Made by a program: the position numbers and the translations under genes
Source: Anaerohalosphaeraceae bacterium
GTDB taxonomy: Bacteria; Planctomycetota; Phycisphaerae; Sedimentisphaerales; Anaerohalosphaeraceae
Assembly (NCBI GenBank): GCA_050309605.1
Contig: JBNRMN010000032.1
Location: 1-18,841 of the forward strand
Reading direction: 5' to 3'
Length of the DNA stretch: 18,841 nt
Part shown: one piece after another, positions 1 to 10,320 of the stretch
Layout: every line of letters starts with the position of its first letter
How positions within the stretch are numbered: the first letter of the stretch is position 1
The notes under the pieces: model-generated
Told to the model about the DNA's origin: nothing
Database searches by the model: none
What the model saw: only the letters and a program-made list of their open reading frames with translations

Positions 1-1
1 T

Positions 2-220
2 TCGGGACGGCGGCTTCAGGGCCATGCTCAACCGCCCCGCCGGGCGACCGGCGCCGGCTCGTCCAAGGGCAAGCTGGGCCTTGGCGACCGGACGTTCCAC
101 GCCATCGCCGACGGCAAAAAGGACACGCCGAAATCCTCCGAGGTCAAAGCCAAATCCGCGGCGCCGGCGAAAAAAGCACTGCCGCTGGATGACGGAGACT
201 TTGACATATTTAACCAATGA
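2..220 (+). CDS. 3' end (partial) of a probable methyl-accepting chemotaxis protein: flexible C-terminal tail
   Basis: Frame +2 is open from the window edge to TGA 218-220 and reads ...GSSKGKLGLGDRTFHAIADGKKDTPKSSEVKAKSAAPAKKALPLDDGDFDIFNQ*. This is a low-complexity K/A/P/S linker ending in an acidic-aromatic DFDIF motif, directly upstream of cheW. It is not in the supplied ORF track, and the MCP signalling domain itself lies outside the window. Confidence 0.7.
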   Translation, partial: SGRRLQGHAQPPRRATGAGSSKGKLGLGDRTFHAIADGKKDTPKSSEVKAKSAAPAKKALPLDDGDFDIFNQ

Positions 221-231
221 CGCAATCTGCC

Positions 232-263
232 GACTCGACGCCGAATCTTAGCGGCGTCGAGTC
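232..263 (+). other. Intercistronic hairpin with a perfect 12-bp stem
   Basis: GACTCGACGCCG (232-243), 8-nt loop, CGGCGTCGAGTC (252-263). There is no immediate U-tract. Confidence 0.7.
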
Positions 264-293
264 AATGTGATTTTGAATGATCTGGAGAATGCA

Positions 294-791
294 ATGAAAA
301 AAACTACAATTACAGACAAAACGCGAGCACGTGAGGGCAAATATCTGACCTTCAAGCTGGGGCGCGAAGAATATGGAATTGAAATTCTGAAAGTGCGCGA
401 GATTATCGGTTATATGTCCATCACCGCCGTGCCGCGCGCCCCGGAATATATTAAGGGTGTGATTAATTTACGGGGCCAGGTCATTCCGGTGCTGGATCTG
501 CGAAGCCGCTTTGGCATGGAATCGGCTGACGTGACTGAGCAGACCTGTATTATCGTCGCCGAAGTCAGTCAGCAGGGCCGACAATTCAACGCCGGGCTGA
601 TCGTTGACCAGGTGCAAGAGGTGCTGGATATCGACGGCAATCATATAGAGGACGCTCCGCAGTTCGGCAATGACGTCCAGGCGGACATTATACTCGGCAT
701 CGGCAAAATCGGCGATTCGATCAAGATTCTGCTGGATATTGATAAGGTACTGGGCCATGTCCGGATCGGAGAAATCGTTCAAGACGCATAA
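294..791 (+). CDS. cheW: Chemotaxis coupling protein CheW
   Basis: Motifs KYLTFKLGREEYGIEILKVREII, ITAVPRAPEYIKGVINLRGQVIPVLDLR and GLIVDQVQEV. ATG 294 has GGAG at 284-287, so it is preferred over the GTG at 267. Confidence 0.95.
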   Translation: MKKTTITDKTRAREGKYLTFKLGREEYGIEILKVREIIGYMSITAVPRAPEYIKGVINLRGQVIPVLDLRSRFGMESADVTEQTCIIVAEVSQQGRQFNAGLIVDQVQEVLDIDGNHIEDAPQFGNDVQADIILGIGKIGDSIKILLDIDKVLGHVRIGEIVQDA

Positions 792-890
792 TCTCTATGC
801 GATCCAAACAAGACGGAACCAATCAGACACAGGCCGCCTGCAAGCCAATTTGAACGGCGGATTTCAAATCAGACAAGAAAGGAACAGACG

Positions 891-1265
891 ATGGCAAAAT
901 CATTGATGATTGTGGACGATTCGGCGACGATGCGCAAAATCATCATGCGTACCGTTCGGATGTCGGGGCTTGAATTTGATCGCACTGAAGAAGCCGGCAA
1001 CGGAAAAGAGGCCCTGGAAAAACTGCAAGCCTCGCCGGTCGATATCGTGCTGTGTGATATCAATATGCCTGAGATGAGCGGCACCGAAATGGTCAAAGAG
1101 GCGCGCAAGCTGGATTGCTGCAACGCCACCAAAATCATTATGGTCTCTACGGAAAGCGCTGACGATCTGATCAACGGTGTGATGTCCGACGGGGCCAATG
1201 GGTATATCACCAAACCGTTTACGCCTGAAAAGTTTCAGGAAAAACTGGCGCCTTTTATGAATTGA
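891..1265 (+). CDS. cheY: Single-domain response regulator, CheY family
   Basis: 124-aa receiver domain with IVDDS, phospho-Asp in LCDINMP, VSTES and YITKPF. AAGGA RBS upstream. Confidence 0.9.
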   Translation: MAKSLMIVDDSATMRKIIMRTVRMSGLEFDRTEEAGNGKEALEKLQASPVDIVLCDINMPEMSGTEMVKEARKLDCCNATKIIMVSTESADDLINGVMSDGANGYITKPFTPEKFQEKLAPFMN

Positions 1266-1306
1266 ACTCGACGAACAACAACGAAAAATCTACTAAGGAG
1301 ACCATT

Positions 1307-1798
1307 ATGCCGGAGCAAATGACGCTGAGTGATACAGTTATTGAGGCGGCTCGTGAGGTGTTTGAGACGATGATTTTTATGGATGTGGAAACCAGCAGCG
1401 AAGCGTGCCCGACGATCACCGGCGAGGCGCTGCTCGGTTCGATTACCTTTAAGGGAAGCCTGGAAGGGTGTCTGGCGGTTTGCGTCAGCCAGTCCTGCGC
1501 TGAACGTATCGCCAAAAATATGCTGGGCATGGAGCCGGACGAGCCGTTGGCCATTGAGGATACCTGCGACGCGATCGGTGAAGTGGCCAATATGGTCATG
1601 GGCAGCATCAAAACCCGCCTTCAGGATGTCTATCCCGCTGTTGAAGTCTCTATTCCGTCGGTCATTACGGGGCGCGAACTAAAAAACACGCTTGGGGAAA
1701 AAGCCGTCAAAACGGTCGTTTGCGCGTGGCTGGATGAGCAGGACGCCGTCGAATTTTCATTTTTGTATCGGGAAGCCAACGTAAAAGACGTTCTATGA
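1307..1798 (+). CDS. cheX: CheY-P phosphatase CheX
   Basis: CheX-like features: EVFETM, GSITFKGSLEG, IAKNMLG, catalytic E-x-x-N in DAIGEVANMVMG, and SIPSVITG. ATG 1307 follows AAGGAG at 1295-1300. Confidence 0.88.
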   Translation: MPEQMTLSDTVIEAAREVFETMIFMDVETSSEACPTITGEALLGSITFKGSLEGCLAVCVSQSCAERIAKNMLGMEPDEPLAIEDTCDAIGEVANMVMGSIKTRLQDVYPAVEVSIPSVITGRELKNTLGEKAVKTVVCAWLDEQDAVEFSFLYREANVKDVL

Positions 1799-3192
1799 CC
1801 CAATCTCCTGAACAACTTGTCGGTTCGCTCGATTCGCTGACGCTTCAGTCCTTTGAAGCGTTCTGCGAGGATATTTCGTCCATGTTCGGCAACACCGCTG
1901 AATGCACGCCGGACAGCACCGGCCAGGCCGCGTTGTCGGAATTGAAACGCGAGTTCAAAAAGCTGGCCGCCGTTAACCGGGTGCAGGCAAAGGGGCTATT
2001 GGACGGCTCGTTTCGGATTTTGCTGGACCAGGCGGGGCTGTTTGTCCTGGCCGGGGTATTTGTGATGCTGCCGGAAAAACGGGTACTTGAAACCATTCGC
2101 GGCGGCACACTCAAAGATGCCGACTATATTAATGACGCGATCAAAGAGGTGGGCAATCTGCTGGTTGGTTCCTGGGATCGTATCTTTCGCGAGGAGCTGA
2201 AAGGGCATAAACATTTCAAGCAAACCGATACCTTTGTCGGATCAATCTGGGATGATCCCGAAGCACATATCGGACTGGCCGCCGAGCAGCGTTGCCGGTA
2301 CGTGATCTGCCGAATGAAGGTGGACGATTTTCCGGAGTTCAAATGCGCGGCCGTGTTTCCGGATACGCTGTTCGAAGAGCAGGACGAGCCTGCGCAGCCG
2401 GAGCAACCGGACGAACAGGCCGAAACGGCCCGACCGTCTGAATCGGCACAGATCGAACCGGAACCCGCCGCCAAGACAGATCCGACAGACACGACAGACG
2501 AAGCGGAACATGCGACATCTGAAAACGCTCAACCGGTCTCTGACGATGCCTCGACCAACGACACGGAGCCGACAGAAAGATCTGAAACGACAATGCAGAC
2601 CGCCGCGGAGGACGCCGAGCCGGGGCCGGTGGCGAAGGCCATTGAGCAATTGACACGGCAGAACGCCGATACACCTGAAAAGAACGCCGAATCGACGCGC
2701 CACCATCTGCCGTCACTGACCGCGGCTGAGATTATGAATCCGGCGGTGCTTTGGCTCGAACCGGAGGACACCGTTGAAGAAACGCTGGCTCAGATGCAGC
2801 GTCATAATGCCGGTTATGTCCTCATCGGTCGCGACGGACGTATCGAAGGGCTGGTTTCGCGCAGCGATTTGGCCGCGGCGATCAGTCCCTATCTGCGGCC
2901 GGTTTTTGCTCACTGGCGGCGTCCGGTTGATGACGCCACAATGAAAATCCGGATCAAATGGTTCATGAGCCGCACCGTGCATACGATTGGTCCGGACGCA
3001 TCACTGACGAAAATAATGCACACGATGATGCAGCACTCGGTACGGGGGCTGCCGGTGATGGATGCCAACGGCGCTATTCTGGGGCTGGTCACCGTGTATG
3101 ATGTCTTTGCCGCCGTGCTCAACTGCACGGGGCTTCAGCTCACCGGCCGGCCGCAACAGGCGCCGCCCGGTGTTCAGTCAATCGGGACGTAA
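1795..3192 (+). CDS. Fusion protein: CheX/CheC-like domain + acidic disordered linker + CBS-domain pair
   Basis: The N-terminal ~190 aa contain DAIKEVGNLLVGSW (E-x-x-N). Residues ~193-305 form an E/D/P/T/A-rich linker. The C-terminal tandem CBS repeats read TAAEIMNP...GLVSRSDL and KWFMSRTV...LPVMD...GLVTVYDV. ATGA overlap with cheX. Confidence 0.82.
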   Translation: MTQSPEQLVGSLDSLTLQSFEAFCEDISSMFGNTAECTPDSTGQAALSELKREFKKLAAVNRVQAKGLLDGSFRILLDQAGLFVLAGVFVMLPEKRVLETIRGGTLKDADYINDAIKEVGNLLVGSWDRIFREELKGHKHFKQTDTFVGSIWDDPEAHIGLAAEQRCRYVICRMKVDDFPEFKCAAVFPDTLFEEQDEPAQPEQPDEQAETARPSESAQIEPEPAAKTDPTDTTDEAEHATSENAQPVSDDASTNDTEPTERSETTMQTAAEDAEPGPVAKAIEQLTRQNADTPEKNAESTRHHLPSLTAAEIMNPAVLWLEPEDTVEETLAQMQRHNAGYVLIGRDGRIEGLVSRSDLAAAISPYLRPVFAHWRRPVDDATMKIRIKWFMSRTVHTIGPDASLTKIMHTMMQHSVRGLPVMDANGAILGLVTVYDVFAAVLNCTGLQLTGRPQQAPPGVQSIGT

Positions 3193-3215
3193 GAGATAAC
3201 CGACAGGATCAAAGG

Positions 3216-5261
3216 ATGACGGATAAAACAGAACATCTTGCCCAATTGCTCGAAGAGACCGCCGCAAAGATTACGCTGCTGGATGCCCGGGATGCGGAGG
3301 AACTGAAGACGTTTGAACAGGTGCTGGGACAACTGAACACCCTGGCCGAACAGTCGGCCCAAACCGACGAGCGTCTGAAAGCCTTTTATGAGGTCAGCCG
3401 TCATGCCGCCGATACAGTGCGACAGCTTGCCGCGACCTCTTCGGAGGAGTGCGAAAAACAGATTGACGCGGTGAACTCGGCCGTAATGGAGATGCAGCGA
3501 TTGCTTGATGAGGCCGCAAACGACAAGACCAAGCCGGATGAACCGGCCGTCGAGGCTGTTTTCAGCGAAGACGACATCCCCTTGATTCAGGATTTTATTA
3601 CCGAATCCAATGAGCATATTGAATCGGCCGAGGCGGCGCTGCTGGAACTGGAAAACGACCCACGAAACAATGAGGTACTCAATCAGATTTTTCGGTCGTT
3701 TCATACCATCAAGGGAGTGGCCGGTTTTCTGAACCTGACGGATATCAACGTTCTGGCGCACGCGGCGGAAAATCTGCTGGATATGGCGCGGAAAGAACAA
3801 CTGCTGCTGACGGCAGCCAACAGCGACGCGGTGTTTTCTTCAATTGATCTGCTTAAGGCCATGCTGGCCGATCTCGAAGAGGCGATTGAAAACGCCCGCG
3901 GCATTTCGTCGCCATCGGGCCTTTCCGCCCTGCTTGACCATCTGCATGCCTGTGCCGCCGGGCAGCAGCCGCCTTCCGCAGAACCGTCCGGCGAGGCGGT
4001 GCCGAATGAACGCACCGATGAAGCGCTGGATGCGATGCTGAACAGTCCCGCCAAGGACACCGAGACAAAACGCAGCGGCGGCTCAGCCGCCGGCGCCGTC
4101 GAGAAAATCAAAGTCCACACAACCAAACTGGATGAGCTAATCAATATGACAGGCGAGCTGGCGATTGCCCAGTTGATGATCGCTGAAGAAGTCAAGCAAG
4201 CCGTTCAAACGGACAGCGCCTTGTTTCGCAAGGTGGCCCAGCAGAACAAGATCGTTCGCGAGCTTCAGGAATTGTCCATGTCAATGCGGATGGTACCGAT
4301 TCAGGGAGCGTTTCAGAAAATGAGCCGTCTGGTGCGTGATCTGTCCAAAAAGGCAGGCAAAAACGTCCAACTGATCACCGCAGGCGAAGAGACCGAGCTG
4401 GATCGCAATATTGTCGATAAGATTACCGACCCGCTGGTCCATATGATGCGCAACTCCGTCGATCACGGCATCGAACCGCCCGATGAGCGCATCGGCAAAG
4501 GCAAATCGCCGCAGGGCACGGTGCGTCTGAGCGCATCTCATCAGGCCGGAAGCATCGTGATTGAAATCGAAGACGACGGACGCGGCCTGCGACGCGAGAA
4601 ACTGATCCAAAAAGCTCTTGAAAAAGGACTGATCTCCGAACACCAGGAATTAAGCGACGACGAGGCGTTCGGGCTGATTTTTCAAGCGGGTTTTTCGACC
4701 GCCGAGAAAGTGTCCGATGTTTCGGGGCGGGGCGTCGGCATGGACGTGGTGCGTAAAAACATCGAAAGTCTCGGCGGTAAAATCGACATTCGCAGTATTC
4801 CCGACCGGGGCACGACTTTTATCATCCGTCTGCCGCTGACACTGGCCATCATCGACGGGCAGATTGTAACCCTCGCCGACCAGCGGTATATCGTGCCGAT
4901 CAATTCGATTGTCGGCAGCGTGCGGCCGAGCGACGATCAGGTTCGCACCGTTCAAAATCGCGGAGAGGTGGCGTTGATTCGCGGCGAACTGATTCCCCTG
5001 GTGCGGCTGGGCCACCTGTTTTCGGTCAGCGGAACAGCGGAGAATCCGAGCGAGGCGCTGCTGGTCGTTGTGGAAGAAGGCAGCCGAAAATGCGCTCTGC
5101 TGGTGGATGATCTTCTCGGCCAACAGCAGGTCGTTATCAAAAATCTGTCCGGCCTGGGTAAAATCAAAGGCCTCTCCGGCGGGGCCATTATGGGCGACGG
5201 ACGGATCAGTCTGATTCTTGATGTACCGGGTTTGATTGAGTTATCTCAGGATAAATTCTAA
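3216..5261 (+). CDS. cheA: Chemotaxis histidine kinase CheA
   Basis: Hpt motif IFRSFHTIKG (His163), dimerisation domain KLDELINMTGEL, HATPase boxes HMMRNSVDHG, IEDDGRG and GFSTAEKVSDVSGRGVGMDVV, and a C-terminal CheW-like P5 domain. Confidence 0.97.
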   Translation: MTDKTEHLAQLLEETAAKITLLDARDAEELKTFEQVLGQLNTLAEQSAQTDERLKAFYEVSRHAADTVRQLAATSSEECEKQIDAVNSAVMEMQRLLDEAANDKTKPDEPAVEAVFSEDDIPLIQDFITESNEHIESAEAALLELENDPRNNEVLNQIFRSFHTIKGVAGFLNLTDINVLAHAAENLLDMARKEQLLLTAANSDAVFSSIDLLKAMLADLEEAIENARGISSPSGLSALLDHLHACAAGQQPPSAEPSGEAVPNERTDEALDAMLNSPAKDTETKRSGGSAAGAVEKIKVHTTKLDELINMTGELAIAQLMIAEEVKQAVQTDSALFRKVAQQNKIVRELQELSMSMRMVPIQGAFQKMSRLVRDLSKKAGKNVQLITAGEETELDRNIVDKITDPLVHMMRNSVDHGIEPPDERIGKGKSPQGTVRLSASHQAGSIVIEIEDDGRGLRREKLIQKALEKGLISEHQELSDDEAFGLIFQAGFSTAEKVSDVSGRGVGMDVVRKNIESLGGKIDIRSIPDRGTTFIIRLPLTLAIIDGQIVTLADQRYIVPINSIVGSVRPSDDQVRTVQNRGEVALIRGELIPLVRLGHLFSVSGTAENPSEALLVVVEEGSRKCALLVDDLLGQQQVVIKNLSGLGKIKGLSGGAIMGDGRISLILDVPGLIELSQDKF

Positions 5262-5273
5262 AAACGGGAACTC

Positions 5274-6127
5274 ATGATGTTCGAATCCATTGTAATCGAT
5301 GACAAGCTGACCCTGACGGATGATGAATTCGAACAGATCAGCACCCTGGTTTATGACCATTGCGGCATCAATTTGCACGACGGCAAGAAAGAATTGGTGC
5401 GCTCGCGACTGGCCAAGATTCTGCGACAAAAGCGGTTCAGAAGCTTTTCGCAATATATGGACTATGTAACCTGCGATAGCACGGGGCAGGCCTTTTCCGA
5501 ACTGATCGACTCGCTAAGCACGAATCTGACCAGCTTTTTTCGTGAATCAATTCATTTTGAATTTCTGGCGGGCACGTTTCTGCCGGAACTGATCGCACGA
5601 AAACAGCGCAGCAACCAACTGCGTCTGCGGGGCTGGAGCGCGGGCTGTTCATCCGGTGAAGAGCCGTATTCGATCGCTATTACCCTGCTGGAGGCGCTGC
5701 CGGAACGGTCGCGCTGGGATGTCAAACTGCTGGCAACGGATATCTCGACACGCATCCTCAAACGCGCCCAGGAAGGGCTGTATGAACAGGAACGCATCGA
5801 TCCGGTTCCGCCGGCACTGAAGAGCCGCTATCTGATCCGCCGCACGCAGAAAACCGGCAAGCGGTATGAAGTTGCGCCGGCTCTGCGGCAGATGATTGTG
5901 TTTAAGTATCTCAATTTGATGGAGAATTGGCCGTTTCGGGGGCCGTTTGATTTTATCTTCTGCCGAAACGTGATGATTTACTTTGATAAACCCACCCAGC
6001 AGCGGCTGATTGATCGGTTCTGGCAGACACTTGCGCCGGGCGGGATTTTGTTTACCGGACATTCCGAATCGCTGACGGGGATTCGACACCATTTCCGGTA
6101 TATCCAGCCGACCATTTACAGGAAAGG

Positions 6128-6131
<4 letters not shown>
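5274..6131 (+). CDS. cheR: Chemoreceptor methyltransferase CheR
   Basis: Motifs TNLTSFFRE, WSAGCSSGEEPYSIA, ATDIS, FDFIFCRNVMIYFD and GHSESL. Confidence 0.97.
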
Positions 6132-7691
<1,560 letters not shown>

Positions 7692-7812
7692 AAGACAATC
7701 AACATTTTGTTTAAGATTATCCCCGGTCATCCATAAATTTTCTTGACAGTCGCCAAGAGGCGCTGTTATCTATCGTCTTACCTGTCAGAAACGAACAAAG
7801 CAGAGTCGTTTT

Positions 7813-7821
7813 TGTTATAAT
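7813..7821 (+). promoter_or_regulatory. Candidate extended -10 promoter for topA
   Basis: TGTTATAAT (TG-n-TATAAT) in the AT-rich cheB-topA gap, about 35 nt upstream of the start codon. Confidence 0.5.
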
Positions 7822-7855
7822 CAATCTGCGTTATCCAAATGAAACCTTGAATCGT

Positions 7856-10252
7856 ATGGGCAAAGCAAACACGGATAAATCACTGGTCATCGTTGAATCG
7901 CCGGCCAAGGCCAAAACGATCAATAAATATCTCGGCCCGAATTTTGAGGTCAAAGCCTCGATGGGACACGTCCGCGATCTGCCGTCCAAAGGCCTGAACG
8001 TGGACATTGAGAATAGATTTGAACCGGTTTACGAGGTCGTTGCGGGGCGCCGACGCACCCTTAAATCGCTGAAGGATTCGACCAAACGGTGCGGCCGGGT
8101 CTATCTGGCAACCGATTTGGACCGCGAAGGTGAAGCGATTGCCTGGCACCTGGCCGAGGCGCTTCAGCTCAAAGATGACAATACGTTTCGGGTGGTCTTT
8201 AACGCCATCACCAAAAACGACATTCAAAAAGCGTTCGCCAAACCCGGCAAGATTGATATGGATCGGGTGCTGGCTCAGCAAGCCCGACGGGTGCTGGATC
8301 GCATCGTGGGCTATCAAATCAGTCCGCTGCTCTGGAAAAAGGTTGCCCGCGGACTCAGCGCCGGACGAGTTCAGTCCGTGGCTGTCAAAATGATTGTTGA
8401 TCGCGAGCGCGAAATTCGCGCCTTCGTGCCGAAAGAATACTGGCTGATTCCGGCGGTCTTTTCCGCGCCGTCTGATAAGCCCCTCAGCGAGCAATGGCAG
8501 GCATTCCTGAATTCCGGCGGCGAAAAAGGACTGACACAGGCCGAACAGAATCAATGGCTGGCCGAACACAGCGCATTCCGTGCCGACCTGGTCGGCGTCA
8601 ACGGCAAAAAATTCCACGCCGATAATGAAGCCCAGGCCGCCGCTATCTTCGAACAGATTCGACAGGCCGCCTTTACCGTCGGCGGGATTACCACTCGGCG
8701 GATGAAGTCGCGTCCGGCGCCGCCGTTTATTACCTCAACGCTCCAGCAGACCGCAGCCAATCGGCTGGGCTTTTCGGCCAAACGTACGATGATGGTCGCC
8801 CAGCAGTTGTATGAAGGCATCGATCTCGGCTCAATGGGCGCCTTGGGATTGATTACCTATATGCGTACCGACAGCACGTTTTTGTCGCAGGATGCCCTGC
8901 AAAGCGGTCGGCGATTTATTGAAAATCGTTTCGGCACGGACTATCTACCCGACAAGCCCAATGTCTATGCGTCGGCCAAAGGCGCTCAGGAAGCCCATGA
9001 AGCCATCCGTCCGACCGATCCGGATCTGACGCCGGATGAGATACGGCAGTTTCTGACGGACGAACAATACAAGCTGTACGATTTGATTTGGCGCCGATTC
9101 ATCGCCTGTCAGATGGCCGCAGCTCAGTGGGACACCACACGAGTGGACATCATCGGACGCACTGATGGGTTTTCGTGCGAATACCGCGCGACCGGACGAA
9201 TTCTGGTCTTTGACGGCTTTACTCGCGTCTGGCAAACCCCCACCGAAGAACCCCGTCTGCCGGCATTGGCGCAGGATCAACCGTTGGCCGTGATCAGCGT
9301 CAAATCCGAACAGCACTTTACCAAGCCGCCGGCCCGCTATACCGAGGCCTCACTGGTCAAAGCGCTGGAAAAAGAAGGCATCGGTCGGCCCAGTACCTAT
9401 GCCTCAATCATCTCGACGATCCAGGAACGGGGCTACGTGGAAAAAATAGACAAGAAATTTCAGCCCACCGATGTGGCCGAGATCGTCACCGACAAACTCA
9501 CTGAATTCTTCCCTAATGTGATGGACGTGGCTTTCACGCGGCATATGGAAGCGCAACTCGACAAGATCGAAGAACAGCATCTCGATTGGGTCAAGGTGCT
9601 GGAGGAGTTTTACGGCCCGTTCAGGGACAATCTGGAAAAAGCCGCCGAAGAAATGAAACACGCCAAGGCCCAGACCGAGCCGAGCGACTATACATGTCCG
9701 GAATGCAAGGCGCCGCTGGTTTATCGTTTCGGAAAAAACGGACGTTTTCTGAGCTGTTCACGGTATCCGGACTGCAAATTTGCAAGTCCCTGTGACAAAG
9801 AAGGCAAAATGGTCGAGCAGACCGATGAAATCACCGAACACCAATGCCCCAACTGCTCCAAACCGATGGTTCGAAAAAGCGGGCGATATGGGCCGTTTCT
9901 GGGCTGTTCGGATTATCCAAACTGCAAAACAATTCTCAAAGTGGACAAAGAAGGCAACCCCCTGCCGCCCAAACCGGCGCCGGAGCCGACCGGCCTGAAA
10001 TGCCACAAATGCAAAACCGGCGAACTGGTCATTCGACAAAGCAAACGCGGGCCGTTTTTGGGGTGCAACAAATTCCCCCGCTGCCGAACCATTGTCAGTA
10101 TGAAAAAACTGGACGAATTGAAAACCCTTGCGGCCGAGGGAAAATGGCCCCCTGCCACCGAAGACCAGGCCAAACAAATTCTGGCCGCGACACAACCCGA
10201 CAAAACCAAAAAGAAATCCAAACGATCAACCAAAAAAGCTAAAAAAGAATAA
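7856..10252 (+). CDS. topA: DNA topoisomerase I (type IA)
   Basis: TOPRIM motifs LVIVESPAKAKTI and ATDLDREGEAI, SAGRVQS, catalytic Tyr in LITYMRTDS, AQEAHEAIRPT, GIGRPSTYA, three C4 zinc ribbons and a Lys-rich tail. Start is ATG 7856 or TTG 7847. Confidence 0.98.
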   Translation: MGKANTDKSLVIVESPAKAKTINKYLGPNFEVKASMGHVRDLPSKGLNVDIENRFEPVYEVVAGRRRTLKSLKDSTKRCGRVYLATDLDREGEAIAWHLAEALQLKDDNTFRVVFNAITKNDIQKAFAKPGKIDMDRVLAQQARRVLDRIVGYQISPLLWKKVARGLSAGRVQSVAVKMIVDREREIRAFVPKEYWLIPAVFSAPSDKPLSEQWQAFLNSGGEKGLTQAEQNQWLAEHSAFRADLVGVNGKKFHADNEAQAAAIFEQIRQAAFTVGGITTRRMKSRPAPPFITSTLQQTAANRLGFSAKRTMMVAQQLYEGIDLGSMGALGLITYMRTDSTFLSQDALQSGRRFIENRFGTDYLPDKPNVYASAKGAQEAHEAIRPTDPDLTPDEIRQFLTDEQYKLYDLIWRRFIACQMAAAQWDTTRVDIIGRTDGFSCEYRATGRILVFDGFTRVWQTPTEEPRLPALAQDQPLAVISVKSEQHFTKPPARYTEASLVKALEKEGIGRPSTYASIISTIQERGYVEKIDKKFQPTDVAEIVTDKLTEFFPNVMDVAFTRHMEAQLDKIEEQHLDWVKVLEEFYGPFRDNLEKAAEEMKHAKAQTEPSDYTCPECKAPLVYRFGKNGRFLSCSRYPDCKFASPCDKEGKMVEQTDEITEHQCPNCSKPMVRKSGRYGPFLGCSDYPNCKTILKVDKEGNPLPPKPAPEPTGLKCHKCKTGELVIRQSKRGPFLGCNKFPRCRTIVSMKKLDELKTLAAEGKWPPATEDQAKQILAATQPDKTKKKSKRSTKKAKKE

Positions 10253-10320
10253 GGCTTTTGTCGGATCTTTGGATTTTGATTTTTGACATTTGACCGCATA
10301 CGTATCTTTCGAGGCAGATA

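Noticed and set aside
24..251. 75-aa plus-strand ORF from the track
   Set aside because: It is an R/P-rich off-frame translation. Frame +2 (2-220) gives the more plausible MCP tail, and this ORF would run into the hairpin.
7743..7776. TTGACA upstream of topA as a -35 element
   Set aside because: There is no good -10 at 16-18 bp spacing. The extended -10 at 7813-7821 is the better candidate.
7831..7839. DnaA-box-like TTATCCAAA before topA
   Set aside because: It is a single imperfect box with no cluster or DUE, which is insufficient evidence for oriC or DnaA regulation.
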